DNA of 63,194 bases, filler included, from Octopus bimaculoides (GCF_001194135.2; 3 parts of 3 records of this genome joined end to end with filler, not necessarily neighbours in it), one strand, 5' to 3'; shown: positions 37,501 to 50,702, numbered from the whole stretch's first letter. Program-made: numbers and translations. The notes: generated from the sequence alone by a model not told the origin.

Positions 37501-38467
37501 AAGAACCTTAGGTCTTTGTGTTTTTTTATCACATACAAGAGTATTTTAGATTCCAGACTTGCAGCAGGTTTACTGTTTCACTGCGTTAACACAATGTCAC
37601 TAGATGTATCATATTATTTAAGTGATCACTGAATAATCACTATTCGATATAATAATTTTAATTGAAATATTCATTGTATTTATTCATACGATATTCCAAG
37701 CGATTTGTTTTATACAGTCTACTTTAAAAATTAAATATTTTGATGTATATAATATAATCATCTTTAAATATTTCACTGTAACTTCTTGCCTAAAGACTGA
37801 ATTAACATATTGTTCACCTAATAATTTATTTCGAAGGGGATTTAACGTCACAAATATAGAGAATATTCACTCGTAAATTTTAAATTTATGATTTTTATTA
37901 GAAAGTTATCTTTTGCTCGTTTCTTTAAAATAACTCCATACATTATTTCAAACATTGTAAAAATTAGAAAGAATTAACTTTATTAATTGTAAACATAAAT
38001 TATAAAACTAGTTGGGAAATTATAAAAAAAAAACAAAAAAAAAACTAGCAATCTGATTCATAGAGAATAATACAGCTGAATATTTTATATCCATAAAGAT
38101 TTCATGTGGAACAATTAAAGAATAAATTATGTTCTACTTTCTACTTTCTGTATAGTACCTTTACGAAGGTATAAATTTTAAATGAAGATTTTTGAATCCC
38201 TAATGATTCTACACTGGATCAACGAAAGGTGATGCGTCAGAAAGTGTGTATGTATGTATGTATGTATGTATGTATGTATGTATCTATCTATATATCTATC
38301 TATCTATCTATCTATGTCTGTCTGTCTGTCTGTATGTATGTATGTATGTATGTATCTATGTATGCATGCATGTATGTATGTACGTATGTATGTATGTACG
38401 TATGTATGTATGTATGTATGTATGTGTGTGTGTGTTTGTATGTGTGCGTGAGTGTATGTGTGCGTGA

Positions 38468-38505
<38 letters not shown>

Positions 38506-38890
38506 ATGAGCTATATTAAGACAGGCAAGAGGAGTGTGTTGAATAGAGTTACATTTTGTATGTGATAAATAAGTTTAAAAGTATAAAAGGTTTCTTTTGT
38601 TTGTTTGTTTCTTTTTTTCTTTTTTTGCTTTTTAATATATTCGACTGTTTATTCATGTAAATGAAACGTTGATTTGGATTCTCAATAATAACGCAATCCT
38701 CTAATAAATATAACGATCTTTTCCTCTTCCATTCTTTTTTATTATAAATCAATACAAAATAATATTTCAAACACGGTAATTATGATGGATGACATTTTCT
38801 TCAATCTAGGGAGCACTTGAGTACCAACCGAAAGCAAACAGAATTTGTACTGCTAGAAAGCACTTAATTTGGATTAATATTTTTTTACAG

Positions 38891-38976
38891 GTAACCTGTA
38901 TAGCGATATGCATGTTCCAAAACTTCCTATCAAGCATGTTAAATTTGAAATTCTTCAATTTAATGCTATTGTATCG
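38891..38976 (+). CDS. Candidate internal coding exon (86 nt), product unknown
   Basis: Acceptor ATATTTTTTTACAG| and donor G|GTAAGT. Two open frames: (G)NLYSDMHVPKLPIKHVKFEILQFNAIVS or VTCIAICMFQNFLSSMLNLKFFNLMLLYR. Confidence 0.45.
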
Positions 38977-39220
38977 GTAAGTTTTCTTTCTGTTAAGAAA
39001 ATTCTTTTAGGATGTATGAATTAGAATTCTGAATAAATTTGCATTAAATTTTGAACATCAGACTGAGATAAGTTATTGATAATTCAAATACATATATTTA
39101 CCCCGACTGGTAATGAATTAAAGTACTTGTTGTAAACTCACTTTTAGACTTCAATATTCCCTTATTAAATATATTCTTTAATATTCTAGAAATATTTTTA
39201 ACAATGTCAAACGTAATATA

Positions 39221-39280
39221 CGGCAATCCCTTCCCATATCGCGGTTCGCCTATCGCAGACTTAGTACATCGCGGATTTTT
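39221..39280 (+). mobile_element. pogo/Tigger-like DNA transposon terminus
   Basis: TA|CGGCAATCCCTTCCCATATCGCGGTTCGCCTATCGC...TCGCGGATTTTT, with repeated ATCGCG subterminal motifs. Cut by a SINE A insertion. Confidence 0.4.
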
Positions 39281-39292
39281 CTGGCTAACATA

Positions 39293-39712
39293 TACTCTTT
39301 TACTCTTTTACTTGTTTCAGTCATTTCACTGCGGCCATGCTGGAGCACCGCCTTTAGTCGAGCTAATTGTCCCCAGGACTTATTCTTTGTAAGCCTAGTA
39401 CTTATTCTATCGATCTCTTTTGTCGAACTGCTAAGTTACGGGGACGTAAACACACCAGCATCGGTTGTCAAGTGATGTTGCGGGGACAAACACAGACACA
39501 AACACACATAGATATACATATCTATACATTCTATACATATATATATATATCTATACATACTTTCAGTTTCCGTCTACCAGATCCACTCACAAGGCTTGGG
39601 TCGGCCCGAGGCTATAATAGAAGACACTTGCCCAAAATGTCACGCAGTGGGACTGAACCCGGAACCATGTGGTTGGTAAGCAAGCTACTTACCACAGCCA
39701 CTCCTGCGCCTA
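39293..39712 (-). mobile_element. SINE family A, full length
   Basis: Complete head, CORE-like block, internal (TA)n and tail; CpGs largely intact. Confidence 0.9.
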
Positions 39713-39835
39713 TGTAAATTTATATCGTGGACTCCTCAGTACATTCGGATTTCTACACCTGATAGGTATTTATAATTATTCAGATTTTAATTATTTTTGT
39801 GGGAGGTTTTCGTCCGGCATGCTAACGCTTCTTAT

Positions 39836-40065
39836 TTCTTCACTGCCCACAAGGAGCTAAACATAGAGGGGACAAACAGGGACAGACAAACGGATTAAGT
39901 CCATTATATCGACCCCGGTGTGTAACTGACACTTACTTAATCGACCCCGAACGGATGAAAGGCAAAGTCGACCTCGGCGGAATTTGAACCCAGAACGTAA
40001 AGACAGACGAAATTCCGCTAAGCATTTCTCCCGGCCTGCTAACGTTTCTGTCAGCTCACCGCCTT
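39836..40065 (-). mobile_element. SINE family B, full length
   Basis: Family B head and central domain plus tail variant CCCTCTATGTTTAGCCCCTTGTGGGCA. Confidence 0.9.
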
Positions 40066-40209
40066 TGACAGCGAATATTTCAATGCTTGATTTCTTGTGT
40101 ATTTTAACATATTTGTTAATTATTTACGTTGGAACCAGGTGTTTTTCAGTTTGATTTCTTTTTGTTTTGTTTTATTATGGTTAATATTTTTGTATTATTT
40201 CTTCATTCA

Positions 40210-40630
40210 AAGACTGCGAGCTGGCAGAAACGTTAGCACGCCGGATGAAATGCTTAACGGTATTTCGTCTGCCGTTACGTTCTGAGTTCAAATTCCGCCG
40301 AGGTCGACTTTGCCTTTCATCCTTTCGGGGTCGATAAATTAAGTACCAGTTACGCACTGGGGTCGATGTAATCGACTTAATTCGTTCGTCTGTTCTTGTT
40401 TGTTCCCTCTATGTTTAGCCCCTTGTGGGCAATAACGAAATAGGTATTTCGTCTGTCTTTACGTTCTGAGTTCAAATTCCGCTGAGGTCGTCTTTGCCTT
40501 TCATCCTTTCGGAGTCGATAAATTAAGTATCAGTTGCGTACTAGGGTCGATCTAATCGACTGGCCTCCACCACAACCCCCACCCCCCAAAAAAAAATTCG
40601 GCCCTTGTGCCAAGAGTAGAAAACATTATT
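40210..40630 (+). mobile_element. Two tandem SINE family B copies (40210-40440, 40441-40630)
   Basis: The GTATTTCGTCTG...GTTCTGAGTTCAAATTCCGC...AATCGACT block occurs twice, with different tails. Confidence 0.9.
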
Positions 40631-40639
40631 TCTTCGTTC

Positions 40640-41930
40640 AGTTGAGTTTACTATCGATGTTGTTGTTATCACACCCACTGCTATTGTTCTTTCAACGACT
40701 TTCATTGTTGTTTTGCTGTTTATGTTATTATTGTAGTTGATGTTGACAGCGATGTTGCTGTCGTTGTTTCTACGGCTAATTTGATCCTGATATTGATGCA
40801 ACAGTAGTTGAAGCAATTGTTCTTGATATTGCTATTGTTGTTAGTACAGTTGTTGCTATATTTGTTGTTGATAACACTGTTTGATGGTAAATTTGTTGCT
40901 AATTCTATTCTATTCGTAGTAACAGATGATGCAGATGCAGCTACTTCCTCTTGTTGTTACATTTGCTATTGCTTCAAGCTGCCCTTTCAAATGCTATTGT
41001 TGCTATGATTGTAGTTGCTGTTGTTGTTGTTGTTGTTGTAACATGTGCTGTTGATAACATTGTTGTAGTTAATTTTGATGTTGAAAATGCTGTTGCCGTT
41101 ACTAATACTTCAAATTTTGTTGCGTATATTATCATTGCTGTAGCTGTCGTTGTTGCTATTTTTCTTGTTGATAACATAGTTGACGCTAATTTGTTGTTGC
41201 TAATTCAATTCTAGCAACAGATATTATTACTATTGTTGCTATCTCTTATAGTTGCTGTTAGATTTACTGTTGCTCTTGCAAATGTTACTGGTGTTATGAT
41301 TGTTGTTGTAACTATTTTTGCTGTTGATAACATAGCTGTTGCTACAAGCTGTTGTTTTTATGTTATTGTTGCTATTTTTGCTGTTGATAATGTTGGTGAT
41401 CCTACAACTGCTGTTGCTAACCGTATGTCCGTTGCTACAGATATTGTCGCTACGGTTACTGCTGCTTACAGCCGGCTCTTCTTAAAGATGTTGCTGCTAC
41501 CAGCTGTTGTTGCTAATTTCCTTAATGCTATCATTGTTGTTGTTGTTGTTGTTATTGTTGTTGCTGCTGCTGTTGCCTTTATTGTTGTTGCTATAGAACA
41601 TTTTACTGTTGCTATAGTTAGAATTATTATAGCTGCTTCTTATTTCTTTTGTTAATCCTGCAATTGTTCCTTGTTGCATCAGCTACTGATATTGTTGTTG
41701 TTGTTGTTGTTGTTAATGATGACAATGATGATGATGATGATGATGATGATGTTATCGCTGTTGTTGTTATTCTTGTTGTTGTTTTTCCTCAACGCTCTCT
41801 TTGTTCCTCTTACTGTTTCTATTGTCGGTGCTGTTAATATCACCGTTATTGTTGTTCCTCTGATATTTGTTGTCGTTCCTTCCTGTTGTTGTTGATTGTT
41901 GTTGGTGTTGTTGTTGATTGTTGTGATATC
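40640..41930. repeat. Degenerate (GTT/GCT/GAT)n low-complexity field
   Basis: Directly visible; it generates the poly-V/L/A pseudo-ORFs. Confidence 0.85.
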
Positions 41931-42057
41931 TTTTTATAGCAGCATCGTACAATGTAATAATATAATGAATATTTCATGACGTCAAATGATCAATATCATA
42001 AACCAGCAAGAAAGAAATCTGATAAAGGTATCTTATGAATATATTGAAAATTTGTAG

Positions 42058-42098
42058 ATGAAGATTATTATGATAGATACATTTAAGCATTTGCGGGA
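42058..42098 (+). CDS. Weak candidate exon (41 nt)
   Basis: AAAATTTGTAG| acceptor and |GTAAGT donor. MKIIMIDTFKHLR in phase 0 is compatible with the 38891 exon. Confidence 0.2.
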
Positions 42099-42714
42099 GT
42101 AAGTGTGTGTGTGAGTGTGTGAGTGTGTGTGTGTGTGTGAGTGTCTGAGTGTGTGTGTGTGTATGTGTGAGAGAGAGAGAGAGAGAGAGAGTTTGCGTGC
42201 GGGTGTGTACGCATATGTTTTTATCTGTGTGTGTGTATGTGTGNNNNNNNNNNNNNNNNNNNNNNNNNNNNNNNNNNNNNNNNNNNNNNNNNNNNNNNNN
42301 NNNNNNNNNNNNNNNNNNNNNNNNNNNNNNNNNNNNNNNNNNNNNNNNNNNNNNNNNNNNNNNNNNNNNNNNNNNNNNNNNNNNNNNNNNNNNNNNNNNN
42401 NNNNNNNNNNNNNNNGTGTATGGATGTGTTTGTGTGTGTGAGAAAGTGAGAAAGTGAGTTTGCGTATGCCTGTATGCATATAATCTTCTGTGTGTGCCAG
42501 TGTGTGCGTATATTTGTATGCATGTTTCTCTCTGTCTGTCTCTCTCTCTCTCTCTATCCCCTTATCTACCCCCTCTCTCCCTTCTTTCTTTCTCTGTCTG
42601 TGTGTGTGTGTGTGTGTGCGTTTGCGACAGAGTTGAGATGTTGGTGTTGTTATTGTTGGTTGTTATTCTGAAGTACAGTAAAAGGAAAGAAGTTGGGTGA
42701 CGGTGGGAGTGAAT

Positions 42715-42969
42715 AGAAGAAGAATTAGAGTGCAGAGAGAAAAACGAGATAGAGAGAAAGTGAGAAAGGAAGAGAGAGTGAGAAAGGAAGAGAGAGTGAG
42801 AAAGGAAGAGAGAGTGAGAAAGGAAGAGAGAGTGGAAGAAAGATAGGGAGAGAGAAAGAGAAAAAAAAGGAGAGCGAGAACGTGTGTGAGGGAATATTGT
42901 GATCAAGTGCATGAGAGAGGAGAAAAATGGTGGCGGGGGATGGAGAAAGTGTCGGAGATTTGGGGGTTG

Positions 42970-43027
<58 letters not shown>

Positions 43028-43670
43028 TGAAAGAGAGAGAGAGTGAAAGAGAGAGAGAGTGAAAGAGAGAGGGAGAGTGAAAGAGAGAGAGAGTGAAAGA
43101 GATGGCAGTGAAGGGGAGAGACAGAAGAGAAAGGTGGTGGTATAAAGATTAGGAAAGTGAAGGAGAGAGAATAGAGGGTGAAAGATAGGAAAGAAAAGAA
43201 GAAAACTAAGTGGAAAAAGAAGAAAATTGAGTGGAGCACGAGAGAGAAAAATGAAGAAGAAGAAGAAGAAGAAGAAGAAGAAGAAGAAGAAGAAGAAGAA
43301 GAAGCAGAAGAAGAAGAAGAAGAAGAAGAAGAAGAAAAAGAAAAAGAAAAAGAAGAAGAAGAAGAAGAAGAAGAAGAAGAAGAAGAAGAAGAAGAAGAAG
43401 AAGAAGAAGAAAAAGAAGAAGAAGAAGAAGAAGAAGAAGAAGAAGAAGAAGAAGAAGAAGAAGAAAAAGAAGAAGAAGAAGAAGAAGAAGAGAGAAAGTA
43501 TGAAGTGGGGTGAAAGAGAGGGAGGGAGAAGGAAAAGTTTAAGCGGAAGTATGAGTGAAAATGGGAGGGAATCTTTCGTCAGTGACAAAGAATCGAAGAG
43601 AAAGATAGAGAGATAAAGACAGATGCAGAATGAGAGAGAGTGAGAAAGAGAGAAGGAGAGAGAATTTAGA
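42715..43670. repeat. Polypurine field with an 18-bp minisatellite, (GA)n and a ~240-bp (GAA)n tract (43253-43491)
   Basis: Directly visible. Confidence 0.95.
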
Positions 43671-43674
43671 AGAG

Positions 43675-44160
43675 GTAAATAATTTGCCGACCCCGAATGG
43701 ATGAAAGACAAAGTCGACCTCGATGGAATTTGAACTCTAAACGTAAAGACAGAGGAAATTCCGCTAAGCATTTCTCCCGGCGCGCTAACGTTTCTGTCAG
43801 CTCGCCGCCTTGAAGATGGTAATATATTGGCTACTGTCATTCAGCCTTTCAAGGTCGATAAATTAAGTACCAGTTGCGTACTGGGATCGATCTAATCGAC
43901 TGGGCCTCTCCTGAAAAATTTCGGATCAAGTCGATTAAGTGCGTAGCTGGTACTTATTTAATCGATCTCGAAAGGATGAAAGGCAAAGTCGACCTCGGCG
44001 GAATTTGAACTCAGAACGTAAAGACGGACGAAATGCTGCTTAGCATTTTGTTCAGGATGCTAACCATTCTGCTAGCTCATCGCCTTAACAATAGCCAATA
44101 TAGTCTTTTCTTAAGGCAGAAACGTTAGCACGCCGGGCGAAATGCTTAGCGGTATTTCGT
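43675..44160. mobile_element. Cluster of four SINE B pieces in alternating orientation (-,+,-,+)
   Basis: 43675-43815 (-), ~43840-43925 (+), ~43925-44085 (-), ~44115-44160 (+, runs into a gap). Confidence 0.85.
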
Positions 44161-44885
44161 NNNNNNNNNNNNNNNNNNNNNNNNNNNNNNNNNNNNNNNN
44201 NNNNNNNNNNNNNNNNNNNNNNNNNNNNNNNNNNNNNNNNNNNNNNNNNNNNNNNNNNNNNNNNNNNNNNNNNNNNNNNNNNNNNNNNNNNNNNNNNNNN
44301 NNNNNNNNNNNNNNNNNNNNNNNNNNNNNNNNNNNNNNNNNNNNNNNNNNNNNNNNNNNNNNNNNNNNNNNNNNNNNNNNNNNNNNNNNNNNNNNNNNNN
44401 NNNNNNNNNNNNNNNNNNNNNNNNNNNNNNNNNNNNNNNNNNNNNNNNNNNNNNNNNNNNNNNNNNNNNNNNNNNNNNNNNNNNNNNNNNNNNNNNNNNN
44501 NNNNNNNNNNNNNNNNNNNNNNNNNNNNNNNNNNNNNNNNNNNNNNNNNNNNNNNNNNNNNNNNNNNNNNNNNNNNNNNNNNNNNNNNNNNNNNNNNNNN
44601 NNNNNNNNNNNNNNNNNNNNNNNNNNNNNNNNNNNNNNNNNNNNNNNNNNNNNNNNNNNNNNNNNNNNNNNNNNNNNNNNNNNNNNNNNNNNNACAAAGT
44701 TAAGTAAATACGTAAATTCACCAAAAATGCACATATACGTAAAAATATAACCCTCGAATAAAAAAAAAACTAGCAATCATTAAAAGACGCACACCATACA
44801 CACATACACACACACTTATTTACTCACACGCAAGGCAACACAAATACTCAAAGTTCCATATACATGCTCTCATGAGCGTATATAC

Positions 44886-44926
<41 letters not shown>

Positions 44927-45076
44927 CGTGTGTGTGAGTGAAAATGCAAATACACGCAAAACGCTCTCTCATACCCACTAACGTATTCACAAGCACACCT
45001 ACACACAGTTGTACACACGTACACACACACACACGCTCACAAAAATACATAGCTACACACTCAGACATGAAACTAT

Positions 45077-45174
<98 letters not shown>

Positions 45175-45523
45175 ATTCACACATTCACCCCTGCACATAA
45201 TACACATAGAGATGTACACACACAACCAAACATACAATTATCCACACGCGCGCTCAAAATTACACACACAAACCCAAACACACAACCACAGATACACATG
45301 CTTACACACACACACACACACAAGCACTCAATAACAACACGCACACCTGACTACAGATACAAACATATACGCTAACACATAACGGCATACACGCACACAC
45401 AAACAGTCATGCAGCTACACGCACTAATACACATACTGAACTACATACATATAATTACACACACGTAACTACACTCAAACACACAATTACATACACACAC
45501 ACACGCACACAGTCAAGCACGCA

Positions 45524-45559
<36 letters not shown>

Positions 45560-45810
45560 CGCATAGACATAAATGCGCGCGCGCGCACCATCTTCTTCAG
45601 TAGATTGATATATTGTATAGACGAATATAAATGGATGAATAGATAAACAAACGAAAACGTTTAAATGGCGAACATTAAACCTACGTCACACCACCACCTT
45701 TCCCGCCTTAAGCTATGAAGATCAACCCCCCAGGGGAATTAACTGCCGTTTGAAACCCAGGATTCTTCCGAAGACTATACGTTTGCCTACGTGCGCGCTT
45801 GTGTGTTTGT

Positions 45811-45848
<38 letters not shown>

Positions 45849-46041
45849 GTGTGTGTGCGTATGCGTGCGTGTGTGTGTGTATGTTAGTTTGGTTGTATGG
45901 ATAGATGAGAGTTTTAGTTGCTAAATGGGGGAGAGGAATCTCTCAGTAAAGTTATGTGTTCGAACTGTATTATGATAGCATTAACATTAATATATTACGT
46001 AATTTGCTATTGTGGTAATCGTTATTGTCGTTGATGTTCTT

Positions 46042-46096
<55 letters not shown>

Positions 46097-46274
46097 CATT
46101 GCTGTTGTTGTTACTGTTGTTGCTGGTTTTTGATATTATCATTGTTGCTGATAACATTGTTTAACCATAAGTCAGTTCTGATCGAGCAAATCTATGATCA
46201 TAGGTCTTCCAACGGTGACCATCACCACAGTAGCTTAGCAAGGCGCTGGCAGCGACGGGGGCGTCCATCCGTCC

Positions 46275-46343
46275 CGCGAAGCACTTTCACGAAGCACTTT
46301 CGCTTTCACTTTCACGAAGCACTTTCACGCGAAGCACTTTCAC
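46275..46343. repeat. Short tandem array of GAAGCACTTTC (4 copies) with CTTTCA spacers
   Basis: Copies start at 46278, 46291, 46316 and 46331. Confidence 0.9.
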
Positions 46344-46889
46344 TTTTGGGTCTGTTCCTTAAGCCTGTACAGATTTGAGTCTGCCCTCAGTTTCCACGGA
46401 GGCTCTTGGTGGCAGATATTTCATTTCGTCACTGCATCTCCGGCTTCTTTATTCAGTCGCAATGTATCATGGACTGCACCCGACAAAGTATCGATTAATT
46501 AAGTAATTTATTTATTTATTCTGACACTGTGGGCTATGATTTTTTTTAGCAGTATTGGGCTTAAGCTAATATTTTTACACGAAGGATAACTGAGTGTGTT
46601 ACAGATTTAAAAAAAAGAATTAATTATGGAATGGCATTTTCCAATCAATCATAATTATAGAAAGCTCTTAAATAGGCACAACTTTAAAATTAGTTGAACA
46701 CTGTAGGTGACGTAATCAACTTCCGCCAAATTTCAGACCTTGTGCCTAGCGTAGAAATAAAATAATTTGGCAGGGCAGGTGTTACGAATGCAAAACACAT
46801 GGTTGTGGAAAACGATGCAATAAGGAACAAGCGACAGAGATTATCAGCAAAACCGATTGTTTTTCTTTTTGTCCTTAGTAAAAGGAAAA

Positions 46890-47880
46890 AAAAAACATGC
46901 CAAGGTATAATTTCAAAACTTGTTATGTTGGAAGGTGTCTCTACCAATTCTATATCGAAAAGGAAATAAATCAGAACGTCTTTCGAAGATAAATGGTACA
47001 TTTTGTTTTCTAAAACATCCACAGCATATAATGGCTCTTGTTCATTGCAGTACAATATTTTTTTTTAAAACCCACCCTAATGCTCTGAAATTCTATTCTT
47101 CTAATTTCAAGATTAAGATTTAGTTTAACCTTAATCTCATCCGGAGTCCATATGACCCTAGGGGGTTCATATAAGATTTAGCTGTTAACATTTAAGTGCA
47201 ATAAATCGGTTATACTTCTACAAAACACGAAATATGTTATCAAGTTTTTTTAACATTTTCAAATAATATTTCATTATAAAAATACAATAGGATTTTCTAA
47301 AACATTGAACAGTTATGGGAGTCCAGTGCAGTAGTATAGAGATTGAAGATGGTCCATAGGCAAAAAAAAAATGCCTGAGAACCACAGCTGGAAATGCATG
47401 AAGATCTCTAAACAAACACCAGTATTTGGATATCAATACACATAAAAGTAAAAGATCATTCTCGAACTTAAAAATAGTGGCGATTTCTGCAATTTCGTAT
47501 GCTAAATATTTATTATTTCATAAGAAAAAGGAAAAGAAGCATGCTGTGTTTTGTGTTATGGGTGGTACAGCAGTTGTGATGGTAAAAATTTTGAAAGGTT
47601 CTTTGAATATGATCGCCAACTGTCTTACGCGCACTATATACTGCTCTTTTGACATGTGCAAGAGGTTACTGAACCTCATCACCTCAACCATTTCTGGATA
47701 AATATAAGCTAAGAGGGTAATGAATAAATAAGGGATATTACTTTGTTGCTAGATGCGCTAAAGACGTGTCTACCCACTTCTGTAGAATCCGAGGGCATTT
47801 TCTGTCCAGGCGACATTTTCGATATAAACTAAGAACCAAGCTACACGACCGTAGTACCGATCAAATTTAATTAAATCATA
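46890..47880 (+). pseudogene. Second hAT transposase remnant, split by a MITE
   Basis: IISKLVMLEGVSTNSISK, GGTAVVMVK, RQLSYAH (CxxH-like) and LKTCLPTSVESEGIF...KLRTKLHD (dimerisation motif). Confidence 0.6.
47125..47387 (-). mobile_element. hAT MITE, same family as 34647-34913
   Basis: Reverse-complement match, including GTGCAATAAAT(C/T)GGTTATACTTCTACAA, TAGGATTTTCTAAA and the terminal TGAGAACCAC. Confidence 0.75.
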
Positions 47881-48090
47881 TAATCAGGATTTTTTCTAAC
47901 GTATCGTTTTGTGTTCATTCAATTTCAAATACGATGCAAGAATATTAAAATATGTCTTAAACGTATATTTCTATTATCAATACTATCGATCGCACTTGTT
48001 TTTTTTTTTCTTACAAATTCTTTGCAAAACTCATTGCCATAAATTATATTTTTGTTTTCAATAAAACGGAAAAAATGATATTTTTAATAT

Positions 48091-48133
<43 letters not shown>

Positions 48134-48465
48134 CATAAACATGCATTTATACATATATACATAGATAATATACGTATGCATGTAGCATGTATACATGTGT
48201 GTATGTGTGCGTGTGTATTTCTGTCACCATTTCAATTTTAAGTTTTCGAATCATGGAAGAAAATGAATTACATAACTTGGAGATTTATTTTAAATAATTA
48301 ATTACATGTTTTCGAGCAATATATTGTATTTCAAAATATTGACATAGCGGAAGGAACCTTGTCCAAACTATACAAATCCGTGGCATCAGATGGTCAAGTT
48401 CAACACATTGTGATTAACATATGTTATCTTGTGCGCCCCATGTTAGGAATGTGTTTCGTATTATG

Positions 48466-48650
48466 CGGTGAGCTGGCAGAATCGTTAGCACGCTGGACTG
48501 AAGGCTTAGCAGTATTTCGCTCGTCGCTATGATTTGAGTTCAATTTCCGCCTTTCATCTTTTCAGGGTCGATAAATTAAGTACCAGTGAAACACTGGGGT
48601 CGACGTAATCGACTAGTTCTCTTCCTCCAAATTTCATGCATTGTACCTTC
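48466..48650 (+). mobile_element. SINE family B
   Basis: GCGGTGAGCTGGCAGAATCGTTAGCACGC...TCGATAAATTAAGTACCAG. Confidence 0.85.
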
Positions 48651-49506
48651 CGATGCTGGGAAAGATCAAGATCGGATTTGTTTGGGCTTTTTTTAAGGCC
48701 TACTTTCTTTCGTATACGCACTTCTGTGTCTCGTGCATAATACCCTACGTACCAGTTCAGGTTACATAAATGAGAGCAAAGATCTGAGTTGATAACAAAT
48801 CAGCTTATGACTTAACATTATTGTGCAAGGTATTTAATACAAAAAAAATCCTTGTACTTCAAATATGGTAGGTTTAGCTTAGTATTCGTAAACTTCAACT
48901 CACCTGAAAAGGCTTCAATGTTATCCCATTTTACAAAAGGCCTACACATCATTCTTATATGTATATATGTATATATGTANNNNNNNNNNNNNNNNNNNNN
49001 NNNNNNNNNNNNNNNNNNNNNNNNNNNNNNNNNNNNNNNNNNNNNNNNNNNNNNNNNNNNNNNNNNNNNNNNNNNNNNNTATATATATATATATATACCT
49101 GCCCACATATGCATGCAAGCTTACATACGTACACGCACACACGTACTACAAAAACTAATTCACAAACAGATTACTCAAAAACAAAAAAATAAATATTTAG
49201 ATTACACTATATGCACACACAAGTACAGACACAGACACACACACACACATGCACGCATATGTATATGTATATATGTATGCATATTTATAAGTGTGTGTGT
49301 GTGAGTGTATGTGTATGCACACATGTATGTATCTGTGTATGTGTGTGAGTGTGTCTTGGGGTACATAATTCTGTTTTTAACGATGACCATAAAGATGAAA
49401 ATATTATAAAGAAGCAGAAGAAAAGAAGAAAGAAAGTACATTGCTTAAAACACGGAACAACGAAAGCATTTTAAGAGAACTGTGCCTCTCTCTCTCTCTC
49501 TCTCTC

Positions 49507-49601
<95 letters not shown>

Positions 49602-50667
49602 GTGTTTGTGTGTGTGTAGATGGAGATGTGTACGTGTATCACTACTGTTTTATGGTTTTTGTCCGTTCGTGTAAATTGTAGTGATATTCCTACTTATTTA
49701 AGAGCACAAAGTAATTTACAACACCAAGATGGTTGAAGCAAGCCTCTCCTTTCCATATTGTGGTGCCCATTATCTTTCCGTTCTTTTGTTTCTTTACTTC
49801 TAGACTCTCAAATTTATATCAATACTAATCAAAGACATCTTACAGATAACTTAAGTTCTAGAATTACTGAACAGTACACTTTCGATTTATATAATACATA
49901 CAAACTTACATACGCTTATACATACAAACATACATACATACATACAAACATGCATGTGCACAAATATACGCACATATACGTATAAGTGCCATATAGTTAT
50001 ATATTTAATACAATATGGAGGCTTACATCTGTATTGTAAAATGAACTTTGTAAATTCATTGTGCAATCACGTGGATTTGAGTTCAATCCTACTGTGCAGA
50101 ATCCTGTCATGTTTGCATATATATATATATATTGTACAGCCTTTTTGTTTGTTTATTTCACCGTTTCGTTTTCCTGTCTTGTTTTCCGTCCGCCACTACC
50201 CTCCACGANNNNNNNNNNNNNNNNNNNNNNNNNNNNNNNNNNNNNNNNNNNNNNNNNNNNNNNNNNNNNNNNNNNNNNNNNNNNNNNNNNNNNNNNNNNN
50301 NNNNNNNNNNNNNNNNNNNNNNNNNNNNNNNNNNNNNNNNNNNNNNNNNNNNNNNNNNNNNNNNNNNNNNNNNNNNNNNNNNNNNNNNNNNNNNNNNNNN
50401 NNNNNNNNNNNNNNNNNNNNNNNNNNNNNNNNNNNNNNNNNNNNNNNNNNNNNNNNNNNNNNNNNNNNNNNNNNNNNNNNNNNNNNNNNNNNNNNNNNNN
50501 NNNNNNNNNNNNNNNNNNNNNNNNNNNNNNNNNNNNGTGTATGTGCGAACGTAAATAACGAACAATAAAAGTGAGTGCTCAATACAGTATTGGTGGATAA
50601 AGAATTTTGATCTTTATTTGTATATAAAGGCTACCATTGGATTCATCGGTGTTCGTCTCCATTTTGG

Positions 50668-50702
<35 letters not shown>

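Noticed and set aside
41977-41984. Second perfect CRE (TGACGTCA)
   Set aside because: Isolated, with no TATA or other context; about chance expectation for this length.
42725-43840. 371-aa poly-F and poly-E/poly-K ORFs
   Set aside because: Translations of the (GAA)n and (GA)n tracts.
48904-48941. Minus-strand exon candidate with a perfect CAG|GTGAGT donor
   Set aside because: The acceptor lacks a polypyrimidine tract and the upstream region is a gap; unsupported.
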